DNA from: Coleofasciculus sp. B1-GNL1-01
Lineage (GTDB): Bacteria > Cyanobacteriota > Cyanobacteriia > Cyanobacteriales > Coleofasciculaceae
Length of the DNA: 64,000 nucleotides
Direction: 5' to 3' (one strand)
Assembly: GCA_040220235.1 (NCBI GenBank)
Contig: JAVJTO010000102.1
Shown piece after piece: positions 39,611 to 49,899 of this stretch. The notes under the pieces are model-generated. The model made no database searches, was not told the DNA's origin, and saw only the letters and a list, made by a program, of their open reading frames with translations. Every line of letters begins with the position of its first letter. Within the stretch, counting starts at the first letter, position 1. The position numbers and the translations under genes are program-made.

Positions 39611-40046
39611 AGTCTGTTTGTTGTCTGAAACCATCTGCCATCTGCCTTGTCCCACCCATCAAAGGGGTAGTCAATCCTGATTGAGTATGAGAATGAGGCA
39701 GGGCATACCGATGACCAATGACAATCTTGTTGAAAGCTTTACAATGGATCGACTCAACTTGTTACTATCTTTACAGATTTTCTCTTATAACAGAAGTAAC
39801 AGACAAGTGGACTTAAGGGTAATGGGAACGCCCCTTCGCACTGCTTGGCTTGTACCCAGATCGCTGGGTCAAAAGCATCTAGTCAGCAAATTCCAGTAGA
39901 GATAGATTTCAGAGGCGCGAAGTATCGCGTCTCTTCTCATTGTTCGCAGCAATTTGATCCATCTCAACTAGAGGCTAGCCTTTAACGTCCGGATCAGATA
40001 GTCTGCTAAGTGTTAGTTTGATCGGAGGATAAGCAACAATCTGATT

Positions 40047-40781
40047 ATGTGTGAGACCCCGAAGCCGTTCCCTGTCATGGGACTACCTGTTCACCGACTC
40101 CAAGAGTACGATCGCTGGCTGGGTAATCGCCTTCAGCAAAACCTGGGGTGTCATGTGGTGACGTTGAATGCAGAAATGGTGATGCAGGCGGAGTGTAATC
40201 CAACTTTGGCAAGTTCAATCCGACAAGCGGAATTAGTTGTCCCGGATGGTGCAGGTGTCATCCTTTACTTACTCCTCCACGGTATTCGACAGCAGCGTTG
40301 TCCGGGAATTGAGTTGGCAGAATCGTTACTGCGACAGGCGGGAGAATTAGGTGAGTCTTATCCAGTTTTTTTCTATGGAGGTAAACCGGGTATTGCCCAA
40401 ACAGCAGCGAAGATATGGCAAGAACAATACCCGAAACTGGCGATCGCAGGAATTGAAGATGGCTATCTGTCCCCAGACGCCGAAGAGCAACTCAAAGTCA
40501 GGTTGGAAAAAGAACAACCGCCATTAATTTTTGTCGGTTTAGGGGTTCCCCGTCAAGAGTTGTGGATTGCCCAAAATCGGCATTTGTGTCCTCAAGCGAT
40601 TTGGATTGGTGTTGGCGGTAGCTTTGATATCTGGGCTGGGGTTAAATCCCGTGCGCCTGTCTGGTTGCGGAATAATCATTTGGAATGGCTGTATCGACTC
40701 TATCAAGAACCTTGGCGCTGGCGGCGGATGATGGCGTTACCGCAGTTTGCTCTCAAAGCGATCGGACAACGTTTGGCTTAG
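40047..40781 (+). CDS. WecB/TagA/CpsF (GT26) glycosyltransferase
   Basis: TLNAE, VPDGAG, GLGVPRQE, GVGGSFD, LEWLYRLYQEPWRWRR. Confidence 0.93.
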   Translation: MCETPKPFPVMGLPVHRLQEYDRWLGNRLQQNLGCHVVTLNAEMVMQAECNPTLASSIRQAELVVPDGAGVILYLLLHGIRQQRCPGIELAESLLRQAGELGESYPVFFYGGKPGIAQTAAKIWQEQYPKLAIAGIEDGYLSPDAEEQLKVRLEKEQPPLIFVGLGVPRQELWIAQNRHLCPQAIWIGVGGSFDIWAGVKSRAPVWLRNNHLEWLYRLYQEPWRWRRMMALPQFALKAIGQRLA

Positions 40782-40939
40782 TCATTTGTCTGATGTCATT
40801 CGTCATTCGTCATTTGTTAGGGAACAGGGAACAGGGAATAGGGAACAGGATAATAGGCTATAGAAATTTTGTCTCCCATCTCCCTCATCTTCCCCATCTC
40901 CCCCATCTCCCCCATCTCCCTATCCCTTGCAGGATTCCA

Positions 40940-42796
40940 CTAACTGTTATTACTGGATCGACGTTCTAGCCGATTTAGTACACGGGTAATCAGTTCAGCT
41001 TCCACAATGGGTTTTTTTATATAGTCATCTGCACCAACGGTAAAAACTTGCTGCACTGTTTGTACTTCGGTATGGGCGGAGAGAAATAACACGGGCAACT
41101 TACTCCAGCGTAAGTCATGACGGACAACTTGACATAACTCAATGCCACTATATTCCGGCATTTCTACGTCTAAAATTAGTAAGTCAGGAGATACAGCTTC
41201 TAGGACATCCCAGAAGCGTTGGGGATGTGCCAACGTGGTGACGTTTAGTCCCCAAGGTTGTAGTAAATGGCGCAGCAGGGCGAGGATTTGTGGGTCATCA
41301 TCCACAACTAAGACGTTAGATTCTCCCGATTTCTGCTGATTAATCGCTTGAGTCACCGCTTGCAAAATTTCTGGGGGAGTCATGGGTTTCTGTAAAAAGG
41401 TAGCAGCGCCTAAACGGGCGGCTTTGACTCGACTGCTTAAATGATTTTGACTGGAAAAGATTAAAACGGGAATGTTGGAGTGTTGGTTAGCAAGTTCTGC
41501 TAAGAGTTCAAAGCCATTTTCTTGGGTGTCAGCAAAGGTGAGATCCAACAAAATTACATTGGGAGGATGTAGCGCGATCGCTCGTTTGGCGGCTTGGAGA
41601 TGGGGGGCGCTATCTACCTGTAATCCCCAGGCTTTTGCTTCAATTTCGATATGTTGGCTGAGGATCTGATCATCATCAATGATTAATAGTCGGGCTGGGG
41701 AAGTAGAAGCCGAGGGCAGATCACTGGCGGGGGGCGTAACCTGATCAAGGGTGGATTTGGTGGCGATCGCCTGTTGCAGGGAGTCGATTAAATGCTTTAG
41801 CTTATGGGCGTTTTGGGGCGTTGCTGGGGTTGGAGTCTGCAGAAGCTGTTCAATTTCGCGGGCGATTTTAGACCCCTCTGCACAACCAAACGATCCTAAT
41901 GAACCCACTAATCGGTGGGCTTCCATTTTGGCGTTCTCACAAAGTTGTTGATTTAGGCTTCCTGTCGCCAACGTTACACTCACTTGCCTAAATACGTCTA
42001 TTTTTTCCGGGAGGCTTTCTTTGAACGTTTGCCAAATTTTGGCAACCGCCGCCATAAGTTTCGCTTCAGACGTGCCATCTGCTACTTTTTCCCTGACTTG
42101 TTTGTTCTCTTGTTCCTGAATGGGTGCATCTTTGAGGCGATACCCTAAGCCGTATACTGTCTCAATTAAATTAATTTTGATCCCAGCCGCTTTTAGCTTT
42201 TGTCGCAACCCTTTAATTTGGGTGGTTACGGCTTCCTCACCGGGAAATTCATCACTCGACCAAATGTGATCAAGGATCGCACTACGGCTAAAAATACGTC
42301 GAGGATGACGCAGGAATAGTTCTAGCAATCCGTATTCTTTGGGCGTTAGGTGTAATGATTCGCCTTTATAGGTTACTTCACCTGTATCCGGTTCTAGCCG
42401 CAGCTTCTCCCAAGTCAACACCTTGGATACCGTGGAGTTACGCCGCCGCAATAATGCTCGAATTCGCGCCATCAATTCGCACAGATCATAGGGTTTAATC
42501 ACATAATCATCCGCACCTGCTTCTAATCCACGAATGCGATCGGCGCTACTTCCTTTGGCGCTGAGGAGGAGAATCGGCATTTGAGCATCTTGATGGCGCA
42601 GTTTTTGACACAGATGAATACCATCTAGGTTTTGGGGGGTAACATCCAAGACAGCTAAGTCATAGTGAGAGGTTTGAGCGAGTTCTAATCCATTTTCAGG
42701 GTTAGTTGCGGCTTCAACGGTGTAGTGATGACTGGTGAGGGCTTCAATTAGGGGTGAAGCTGTCGCTGGATCATCATCGACTATCAAAATCTTCAT
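40940..42796 (-). CDS. Multi-domain response regulator REC-wHTH-HPt-REC-REC (RcaC-like)
   Basis: OmpR-type REC plus winged helix (IETVYGLGY), HPt AHRLVGSLGSFG, then two further REC domains. Confidence 0.9.
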   Translation of the reverse strand: MKILIVDDDPATASPLIEALTSHHYTVEAATNPENGLELAQTSHYDLAVLDVTPQNLDGIHLCQKLRHQDAQMPILLLSAKGSSADRIRGLEAGADDYVIKPYDLCELMARIRALLRRRNSTVSKVLTWEKLRLEPDTGEVTYKGESLHLTPKEYGLLELFLRHPRRIFSRSAILDHIWSSDEFPGEEAVTTQIKGLRQKLKAAGIKINLIETVYGLGYRLKDAPIQEQENKQVREKVADGTSEAKLMAAVAKIWQTFKESLPEKIDVFRQVSVTLATGSLNQQLCENAKMEAHRLVGSLGSFGCAEGSKIAREIEQLLQTPTPATPQNAHKLKHLIDSLQQAIATKSTLDQVTPPASDLPSASTSPARLLIIDDDQILSQHIEIEAKAWGLQVDSAPHLQAAKRAIALHPPNVILLDLTFADTQENGFELLAELANQHSNIPVLIFSSQNHLSSRVKAARLGAATFLQKPMTPPEILQAVTQAINQQKSGESNVLVVDDDPQILALLRHLLQPWGLNVTTLAHPQRFWDVLEAVSPDLLILDVEMPEYSGIELCQVVRHDLRWSKLPVLFLSAHTEVQTVQQVFTVGADDYIKKPIVEAELITRVLNRLERRSSNNS

Positions 42797-42902
42797 GGGA
42801 AACGGGAGAATGGGGAATGGGATAATTCTGTATTCCCTTTGATCTTCACCTGTTTCTCATGGATTCTTGAATGAAACGTACATAATCCTCAATAAAATTT
42901 AA

Positions 42903-43026
42903 TAAGTAGGTGGGGACAATTAAAGTTAACGGTTGAGATTAGGGAACAGGGAACAGGGAACAGTAAGGGTTTGAGGAACATTCACAGAACTTAACATAGT
43001 TCGCTTTATTTCCACCGACCTACTTA
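42903..43026. mobile_element. MITE-like element, family B, copy 2
   Basis: TAAGTAGGTGG...CCACCGACCTACTTA; 7 bp shorter than copy 1 (one GGGAACA unit). Confidence 0.75.
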
Positions 43027-43067
43027 GTAAGGGTTTGGTGACCAAACCCCTACTCCAAACATTAAAT

Positions 43068-44816
43068 TTAAATACATTCCTTAAACGCAACCCAACGGCT
43101 GGCGATGGGCATCCGCCAACCTGTGCCAAACGCCCGATCCGTAATCTTTAATCCGGGTGGTGCTTGGCGGCGCTTAAATTCTGCCCGCGCTACCATTCGC
43201 ATCACTTTATGGACAATTTCTGGATCATGTCCGGCGTCGATGATTTGGGGGGCAGATTGATGGTCATGAATCAGACGTTGTAAGATATCATCCAAGATGT
43301 CATAAGACGGTAACGAGTCTTGGTCAGTTTGATCCGGTTTGAGTTCAGCGCTGGGAGGTTTGGCTAAGACATTCGCGGGTATAATTTCCGCTTGGATATC
43401 TGATAATTGTTCGGGGGTGACTTGGCTTTCCTGTTCTTTCGCTTTAGTGGAATTCAGCCATTGACACAGGGAATACACACGGGTTTTGGGAACATCTGCG
43501 ATCGCGGCTAATCCACCGTTCATGTCCCCATAGAGAGTACAGTACCCTACCGCCATCTCTGACTTATTCCCCGTCGAGATCAGCAGATAGTCAAACTTAT
43601 TCGCGATCGCCATTAACAAGTTTCCCCGAATCCGGGCTTGAATATTCTCCTCGGCTGTGCCAAATTCCGTTCCGGCAAATAGGGGTTCTAAGGTTTGGTC
43701 ATACCCCTGCATCAACTCGCCAATGGGCAAGGTATGGGTTTTAATCTCTAAGTTTTTGGCTAAGGCGAGGGCATCATTAATCGAGTGTTCAGAGGTATGG
43801 GGAGATGGCATAAGCACACCGAGTACATTTTCCCTGCCTAAGGCTTCCGTGGCAAGGGCAGCAACCAGGGATGAATCAATTCCCCCACTCAACCCAATCA
43901 CCACTCGTTTAAAGCCACATTTGCGGGCATAGTCTTGGATTCCTAGAACTAAAGCAGACCAAATTTGAGCATTAGTACTTTCGGGGGCGGGTGCGATCGC
44001 ACTCTTGAGTAAATCTCCTTGGACTGGATCAAAGTCTACCAGCAAAACCTCGGTGGCAAACGCTGGGGCGCGACAAACCATTTCCCCGACGCGGTTAAAT
44101 CCTACACTACTCCCATCAAAGATTAAGTCGTCATTTCCCCCCACCTGATTGGCGTAGAGAATCGGTTGCTGGTAACGTTTAGCACTATGTTGCAACATAG
44201 CTTCCCGCAGTTGCTGCTTGCCCACACTATAGGGCGAGGCGGAGAGATTGACGATCAAATCAACATTCTGCTGGATTAAGTCGGTAATCGGATTGAACTG
44301 ATACGTGCGCTTTCCCCAAAACTCCTCATCGTTCCAGAGATCCTCGCAAATTGTCACACCAATTTTAATCGGGGTAGCTGACTCTGCCTCTAAGGTAAAG
44401 GAATTACTCTGGACTCCAGCTTCAAAATAACGGTTCTCATCAAAGACATCATAGGTGGGCAACAAGCGCTTATGAAACACCTGCTGCACCTTACCACCCT
44501 CCAACAGGGCAATACTATTAAATAACGGTTTACCTCCCGAACTCTCCGCTTTGGAATTCGCTGTCACTGTTCCCACTAAAACTGCTAGGCTTGAGGGTGA
44601 CTGTTCGGCTAAGTTGTCCAGACAGTCTGCCATGGACTCCATAAAACTGGGATTTAAGAGTAAATCTCGCGGCGGATACCCACAGAGGGAGAGTTCTGGC
44701 GTCAATAAGAGGCGGACACCCTGACGCGCTGCTTGATTTGCCGCATCAAGGATTTTTTGGGCATTGCTGGTTAAGTCGCCAATCGTGGGATTGAGTTGTG
44801 CGATCGCAAGTTTCAT
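43068..44816 (-). CDS. nadE: Glutamine-dependent NAD+ synthetase
   Basis: Nitrilase domain (PELS..GYPP.D, K..LP.Y, ICED.W) plus GLSGGIDS and GNKSE. Confidence 0.96.
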   Translation of the reverse strand: MKLAIAQLNPTIGDLTSNAQKILDAANQAARQGVRLLLTPELSLCGYPPRDLLLNPSFMESMADCLDNLAEQSPSSLAVLVGTVTANSKAESSGGKPLFNSIALLEGGKVQQVFHKRLLPTYDVFDENRYFEAGVQSNSFTLEAESATPIKIGVTICEDLWNDEEFWGKRTYQFNPITDLIQQNVDLIVNLSASPYSVGKQQLREAMLQHSAKRYQQPILYANQVGGNDDLIFDGSSVGFNRVGEMVCRAPAFATEVLLVDFDPVQGDLLKSAIAPAPESTNAQIWSALVLGIQDYARKCGFKRVVIGLSGGIDSSLVAALATEALGRENVLGVLMPSPHTSEHSINDALALAKNLEIKTHTLPIGELMQGYDQTLEPLFAGTEFGTAEENIQARIRGNLLMAIANKFDYLLISTGNKSEMAVGYCTLYGDMNGGLAAIADVPKTRVYSLCQWLNSTKAKEQESQVTPEQLSDIQAEIIPANVLAKPPSAELKPDQTDQDSLPSYDILDDILQRLIHDHQSAPQIIDAGHDPEIVHKVMRMVARAEFKRRQAPPGLKITDRAFGTGWRMPIASRWVAFKECI

Positions 44817-45297
44817 GGGAGACACACAATAGGCTAGCTAGGTTCAAGCTAACATGTCATTAGGGGTTAGTCATTAGTCTTTGGTCTAATAGCAAAATAT
44901 AGTTGAGGTTATTTCCACCAACCTACTTAGTGAACCCGGATTCACGATAATACGGTGTCAGTCTGGCTTTTTTCGCTTCCCTCAAACTTCCGCCACAAAA
45001 TAAAATATAGACAGGCAGGTACATTGAAACAGTCTTGCCCGGGGTGGGTAAAACTCAAGTTGAATCACAGGCTTTTGCTGACCTGTCAAAACTGATGACA
45101 GGAACTTGCGGTGGCGGTAGCTGTCATGCATTGGAGTCAATGACCCTCGGTTACTCCGTTAAACCGAGGACTTGGACAAGTCAGCTTCCAACGTAAGCAT
45201 TGTCTACCTCATTGAGTCTAACGTTGGACTCCCGCGAATCATGTTGAAAGTGACTGTGGCAATAGATCCCAGGATTAGATTAGGAGAACATTAAAGC

Positions 45298-46137
45298 ATG
45301 GGTGGTCTCAAACATTTTACCTACCTCGGTGGGATGACGCTAACGGTCGGGTTAGCGTTGGCTTTCACCGCACCTCAACTCAAAGCACAGTCGTTCGATA
45401 TTAGTTTAGAGTTTCCTGAAGGAGAAGATATTGGTGCCCCTGAGAGGACTGGCGGGGGAGGACAAAGAGGTATACCGAATATACCTTGTGTTACCGGAAA
45501 TACAAGATTAACGGCGCTAACGCCAACGAATAATCTAATTACCACCATATCCCCCAACCCTAAATTATTTTGGTATGTTCCCCCTACGACAGCCCAGTCA
45601 GCCGATTTTCTACTTTTGGACGAGCAAAACCAGGAAATTTATTATACGAGGATACCCCTAACCCATAGAGCTGGTATCGTAGAACTCAAGCTTCCTGATC
45701 ACATATCTCTGACAACGGAAAAACGGTATCTTTGGACATTTGCCTTGGTGTGTAATCCCGATGATCGCAGTCAGGATTATTTTGTTCGAGGCTGGATTCA
45801 GCGTCAACCCATTCAGACGGGAATCGCCCCACCCGAAGAACTGAACACTCTTCTTGATCAACTCGTTTATGAACCCGAAGGGATCAAAAAACGTCTCCAA
45901 GACGAAGGATCTAACTATGCTCAAGAAAGGATTTGGGCAGAAACGCTGATGATTTTAGCTCGACTCTATCAGCAATTTCCCAATGACTCCGCGATCGCAG
46001 ATGAGATGAAAGAATTGTTAACGTCGGTTGAGTTGGATAATATTCCAGTTAACTGTTGGGTTCACTCCTGTTCGGTTGAGACTCAAGATGCTGAGGAGAC
46101 TCAAGATGCTGAGGCGATGAGAGAACTAAACGATTAA
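45298..46137 (+). CDS. DUF928 domain protein
   Basis: Signal peptide, GAP..T.GGG.RG, T.SPNP.LFWYVP, Y.W.F.LVC..DRS, IW.ETL; typical partner of CHASE2 proteins. Confidence 0.88.
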   Translation: MGGLKHFTYLGGMTLTVGLALAFTAPQLKAQSFDISLEFPEGEDIGAPERTGGGGQRGIPNIPCVTGNTRLTALTPTNNLITTISPNPKLFWYVPPTTAQSADFLLLDEQNQEIYYTRIPLTHRAGIVELKLPDHISLTTEKRYLWTFALVCNPDDRSQDYFVRGWIQRQPIQTGIAPPEELNTLLDQLVYEPEGIKKRLQDEGSNYAQERIWAETLMILARLYQQFPNDSAIADEMKELLTSVELDNIPVNCWVHSCSVETQDAEETQDAEAMRELND

Positions 46138-46265
46138 ATCTCTCAAACTTAGTCGGGGTGGGTTTAGTCACATCAGAGTGACAACAAACGATAATGGTGA
46201 AACCCGCCCCTACAGAGACGTCATGGCACATCTGGAACATTACACACTCAAAACTCAAAACTCAG

Positions 46266-48578
46266 ATGTACAAATCCTGTAAGCGGTGGCTTTGGCAATG
46301 GCGCGGCGTTTGGATAGTTACCCCAACAGTTACGGGTTTAATCATTCTCCTGCGGTGGACTGGGATGCTGCAAACTTGGGAATGGACAGCTTATGACCAA
46401 TATATGCGTTGGCGTCCCTCTGAACCCTTGGATCAGCGAATTGGAATCGTGGGGATTGATGAGGCGGATGTGAAAAAAATTGGGCAACTTTCTCGATCTA
46501 TTCTTCCCGATCAGATTTATGCCCAAGCTATTGCTAAACTCAAAACCCATAACCCTAAAGCCATTGGTCTGGATGTTTATCGGGATTTACCCGTACAACC
46601 GGGACATCAGGAATTAGTCCAAGTCTTTGAAACAACCCCCAATCTGGTGGGGATTGAGAAAGTGGTTGGCGATAAGCGCCAGGATGCTGTCGCCGCCCCC
46701 CCAGCCTTGAAAGCCAAAGGACAAGTGGGCGCTAATGATGTCATCTTTGATGCTGATACTAAAGTCCGACGGGCACTCTTACAAGTTGAAGATACCAATG
46801 GAGATGTTATTCCCAGTTTCGGATTTTATCTAGCACTTCTCTATCTTGATGCTCAAGGAATTAGCCCCAAACCAATACCAGGGGAACCCAATACCTGGCG
46901 GTTGGGAAAAAGCACGTTTTCTCGCTTCCAAAAAAATGATGGGGGTTATGTCCGCACCGATGCTGGTGGCTACCAAATCTTATTAAATTATCGAGGGAGC
47001 AAGGAACATTTTGAAACGATCTCATTGCATGATCTTCTAGAGGATCGTATCCCTCCAGATTGGGGACGCGATCGCATTATTCTGATCGGCTTTGTCGGGG
47101 AGAGTTTCCAAGACTGGATTTTTACACCCTACAGTAGTAGTTGGTTTGCTTTGCCCGAACGCATGTCTGGGGTGGAATTACATGCTAATATTACCAGTCA
47201 AATCCTTAGTGCGGCTTTAGAAGGACGTCCCCTCATTCAAACTTGGTCTCAACGGCAAGAAAGCCTTTGGATTTTTTTCTGGTCTACTGTAGGCGCTATT
47301 GTAACCTGGCAGGGACGCTATCAGAAGAAAAGGCGACGGGTATCTGTGCAACGATTTTTGAGGCTGATCCTGGCAGGGGGTGTCCTGTTGGCTAGTACTT
47401 ATGGGGCGTTTTTAATTGGGTGGTGGATTCCTGTCGTTCCGCCTCTTTTGGCTTTATCGGGTTCAGTGGTGGCGATTACCAGTTATCTTGCCCATCAAGG
47501 GAGTAAAATCCGCGAAACCTTTGGACGTTATCTCACCAATGAAGTTGTGGCGAATGTTTTAGAAAATCCTGAAGGGGCTAAATTAGGTGGTGAACGGCGC
47601 ACGATTACTATCTTAACGTCAGATTTAAGAGGGTTTACTGCCCTGACTGAACGTTTAATGCCAGAAGAAGTGGTGAATATTCTCAACTTTTATTTTGGCA
47701 CGATGACGGATGTGATTACTCAATACCAAGGAACAATTGATGAATTTCTTGGGGATGGAATTTTGGTTTTGTTTGGTGCGCCGACGCTTCGTGAAGATGA
47801 CGCCCAACGTGCGATCGCTTGTGCCGTGGCGATGCAGTTGGCGATGACATCGGTCAATGAACGCATGAAACATCTGGGTTTACCTCCGTTGACTATGGGC
47901 ATTGGGATTAATACGGGAGATGTTGTAGTCGGAAATATTGGGTCATCGAAACGAACAAAATATGGAGTAGTGGGTTCTCAGGTTAATTTAGCCTATCGCA
48001 TCGAATCCTATACGACAGACAGTCAAATTTTTATCTCTCAGTCTACTCTAAATGCTGCGGGAACTTGGGTGAGAATTGATGGCAAGATACGGGTTCAACC
48101 TAAAGGATTACCCGAACCTATTCCCATTTATCAAGTGGGAGGAATTGGCAAACCTTACTACTTGTTTTTAGCTAAACCTGACGAGCATTTTCTGCCGTTG
48201 GTTGAGCCTATTCGTTTACATTACACTTTTTTGGAAGGTAAGCATGTCAGTGATCTGTTTTTTCGGGGGAGTTTAGTAAAACTGTCTGCCAAAGGTGGCG
48301 AAATCCGCTCAGAACAAGTCATGACTCCTTTGACAAATATAAAAATAAATTTACAGGTTGATGATCGGTTAATCTCAGTAAGTGAAGATATTTATGCCAA
48401 AGTGTTAGATCAGCCCAGCGATGAGCATTCGTTTTATATTCACTTCACTTTTTTGCCGCCGAATGTAGAAGCGATGTTATCTAATTGCTATAAGTTACTG
48501 CGTCAACTTCAGGACGAAAGTTCGGAACCGGAAACAGGGAACAGAGAACAGGACAATAAAAGTTCTTCTATTTTATGA
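46266..48578 (+). CDS. cya2: CHASE2 class III nucleotidyl cyclase, Cya2-like (probable guanylyl cyclase)
   Basis: CHASE2 domain, TM helices, SDLRGFT, IDEFLGDG, KYGVVGSQVNLAYRIES and a C-terminal extra domain. Confidence 0.8.
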   Translation: MYKSCKRWLWQWRGVWIVTPTVTGLIILLRWTGMLQTWEWTAYDQYMRWRPSEPLDQRIGIVGIDEADVKKIGQLSRSILPDQIYAQAIAKLKTHNPKAIGLDVYRDLPVQPGHQELVQVFETTPNLVGIEKVVGDKRQDAVAAPPALKAKGQVGANDVIFDADTKVRRALLQVEDTNGDVIPSFGFYLALLYLDAQGISPKPIPGEPNTWRLGKSTFSRFQKNDGGYVRTDAGGYQILLNYRGSKEHFETISLHDLLEDRIPPDWGRDRIILIGFVGESFQDWIFTPYSSSWFALPERMSGVELHANITSQILSAALEGRPLIQTWSQRQESLWIFFWSTVGAIVTWQGRYQKKRRRVSVQRFLRLILAGGVLLASTYGAFLIGWWIPVVPPLLALSGSVVAITSYLAHQGSKIRETFGRYLTNEVVANVLENPEGAKLGGERRTITILTSDLRGFTALTERLMPEEVVNILNFYFGTMTDVITQYQGTIDEFLGDGILVLFGAPTLREDDAQRAIACAVAMQLAMTSVNERMKHLGLPPLTMGIGINTGDVVVGNIGSSKRTKYGVVGSQVNLAYRIESYTTDSQIFISQSTLNAAGTWVRIDGKIRVQPKGLPEPIPIYQVGGIGKPYYLFLAKPDEHFLPLVEPIRLHYTFLEGKHVSDLFFRGSLVKLSAKGGEIRSEQVMTPLTNIKINLQVDDRLISVSEDIYAKVLDQPSDEHSFYIHFTFLPPNVEAMLSNCYKLLRQLQDESSEPETGNREQDNKSSSIL

Positions 48579-48653
48579 CTTATGAATGAGGGTGAGTTGA
48601 GTTTCTCCGTTATTGGTAACAAGCAAGGGCGGGTTTTGTTGTTCAGTTGTTGG

Positions 48654-48781
48654 TAAGCTGTTCGGCATTTAAACCTTAATATCAATAACGGCGAAAGCCT
48701 TGTAGTGCGTTTAGCGAAGCCATGCCGCAGGCTTTGCATCTTGCTCGCTACTAATACCCAATTTAAATGCATGACAGCTTA
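48654..48781. mobile_element. 128-bp MITE, family A, copy 1 (inside a REP loop)
   Basis: Terminal inverted repeats TAAGCTGT..GCATTTAAA / TTTAAATGC..ACAGCTTA; near-identical to 59241-59368. Confidence 0.85.
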
Positions 48782-48880
48782 ACAAGCTTGCTTTAGTGGC
48801 TAAACCCGCCCCTACAGTGGCTAAACCCGCCCCTACAGTGTTACTCTTTCCCTTCTGCCCTCTGCCTTATTTCCAGCAAA

Positions 48881-49699
48881 TTAAAAAATAGGTGTTCGCT
48901 TAAGAATCGGGGTAGGCTTCCCTAAGTAAAACCCTTGGGCATAATCCACACCTAACGCCTGCAATTGTTCCAGAATTGCCACATTCTCCACATATTCAGC
49001 AATCGTCTTGATTTGCTTCGCCTTAGCCATTTGTACAATCGCCGAGACAATCGCTTCAGAGATAGGATTATGCACGACATCCCGCACAAACATGCCATCA
49101 ATTTTGACAAAATCTAACGGTAATTCCTTCAGATAGGCTAAACTGGACATGCCTGTACCAAAATCATCCAAAGCAAACTGACAACCCAGGTTTTGCAAAC
49201 GCTGGATAAATTGCCGGGTTCTGTCTAGATTGATTAAGGCTACCGTTTCAGTAATCTCGAAGACTAAACTACTGGGAGGAACCGGATGATTAATCACGGC
49301 GTTTTCCAGAAAATCGAGAAAGCCGTCATCATTGACGCTGGAACCGGACAGGTTAAACGCAATAATACACCCACAATAATAATCCCTTGCCCAACAACCC
49401 ATACATTTACTAGGGTGGTAAATGCCATTAAAAAAGGATTCCAACACCCAACGATCAATGGATGGCATTAATCCTGATTCTTCGGCACAGGGAAGAAAGT
49501 AATTGGGTGAGATAATTCTACCATCTTGTCCCACCATTCGGATTAAAATTTCCTTGTGAACATGACCCTTGTCTCCCTGAAGAAGAGGGAAAATCGGTTG
49601 AAAGTATAAGCAAAACCTATCTTCTATAAGGGCAGTTTGTAAGGCTTTACGACTGGTTGATTCTTGACAGAGATTTTGTTGCACATTTTTCACCTCCAA
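48881..49699 (-). CDS. Stand-alone EAL c-di-GMP phosphodiesterase
   Basis: YFQPI, EILIR, NLS, FEITE, DDFGTG.SS, KIDG, AEYVE, QGF. Confidence 0.9.
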   Translation of the reverse strand: MEVKNVQQNLCQESTSRKALQTALIEDRFCLYFQPIFPLLQGDKGHVHKEILIRMVGQDGRIISPNYFLPCAEESGLMPSIDRWVLESFFNGIYHPSKCMGCWARDYYCGCIIAFNLSGSSVNDDGFLDFLENAVINHPVPPSSLVFEITETVALINLDRTRQFIQRLQNLGCQFALDDFGTGMSSLAYLKELPLDFVKIDGMFVRDVVHNPISEAIVSAIVQMAKAKQIKTIAEYVENVAILEQLQALGVDYAQGFYLGKPTPILKRTPIF

Positions 49700-49899
49700 T
49701 TTACCACCTGCTGCTCTTTACCTAAATGCTACCAGAAAGGTGGTTTGAGAACAGGTTATAGGGATAACAGTTAAGCGTGAATGAGGGGCGAAACAAACTG
49801 ATGTAGCAATTATCAATGAGTTCTGGAATCTTCTGTTTTCAGTTAAGCGTTCCTTTTACTCACTAAAATTTTTACGACTCAAGTCGAATCGCTATCGAT

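Noticed and set aside
39681..39899. 72-aa ORF between DUF3307 and the GT26 gene
   Set aside because: TTG start, no motif and no supporting signal.
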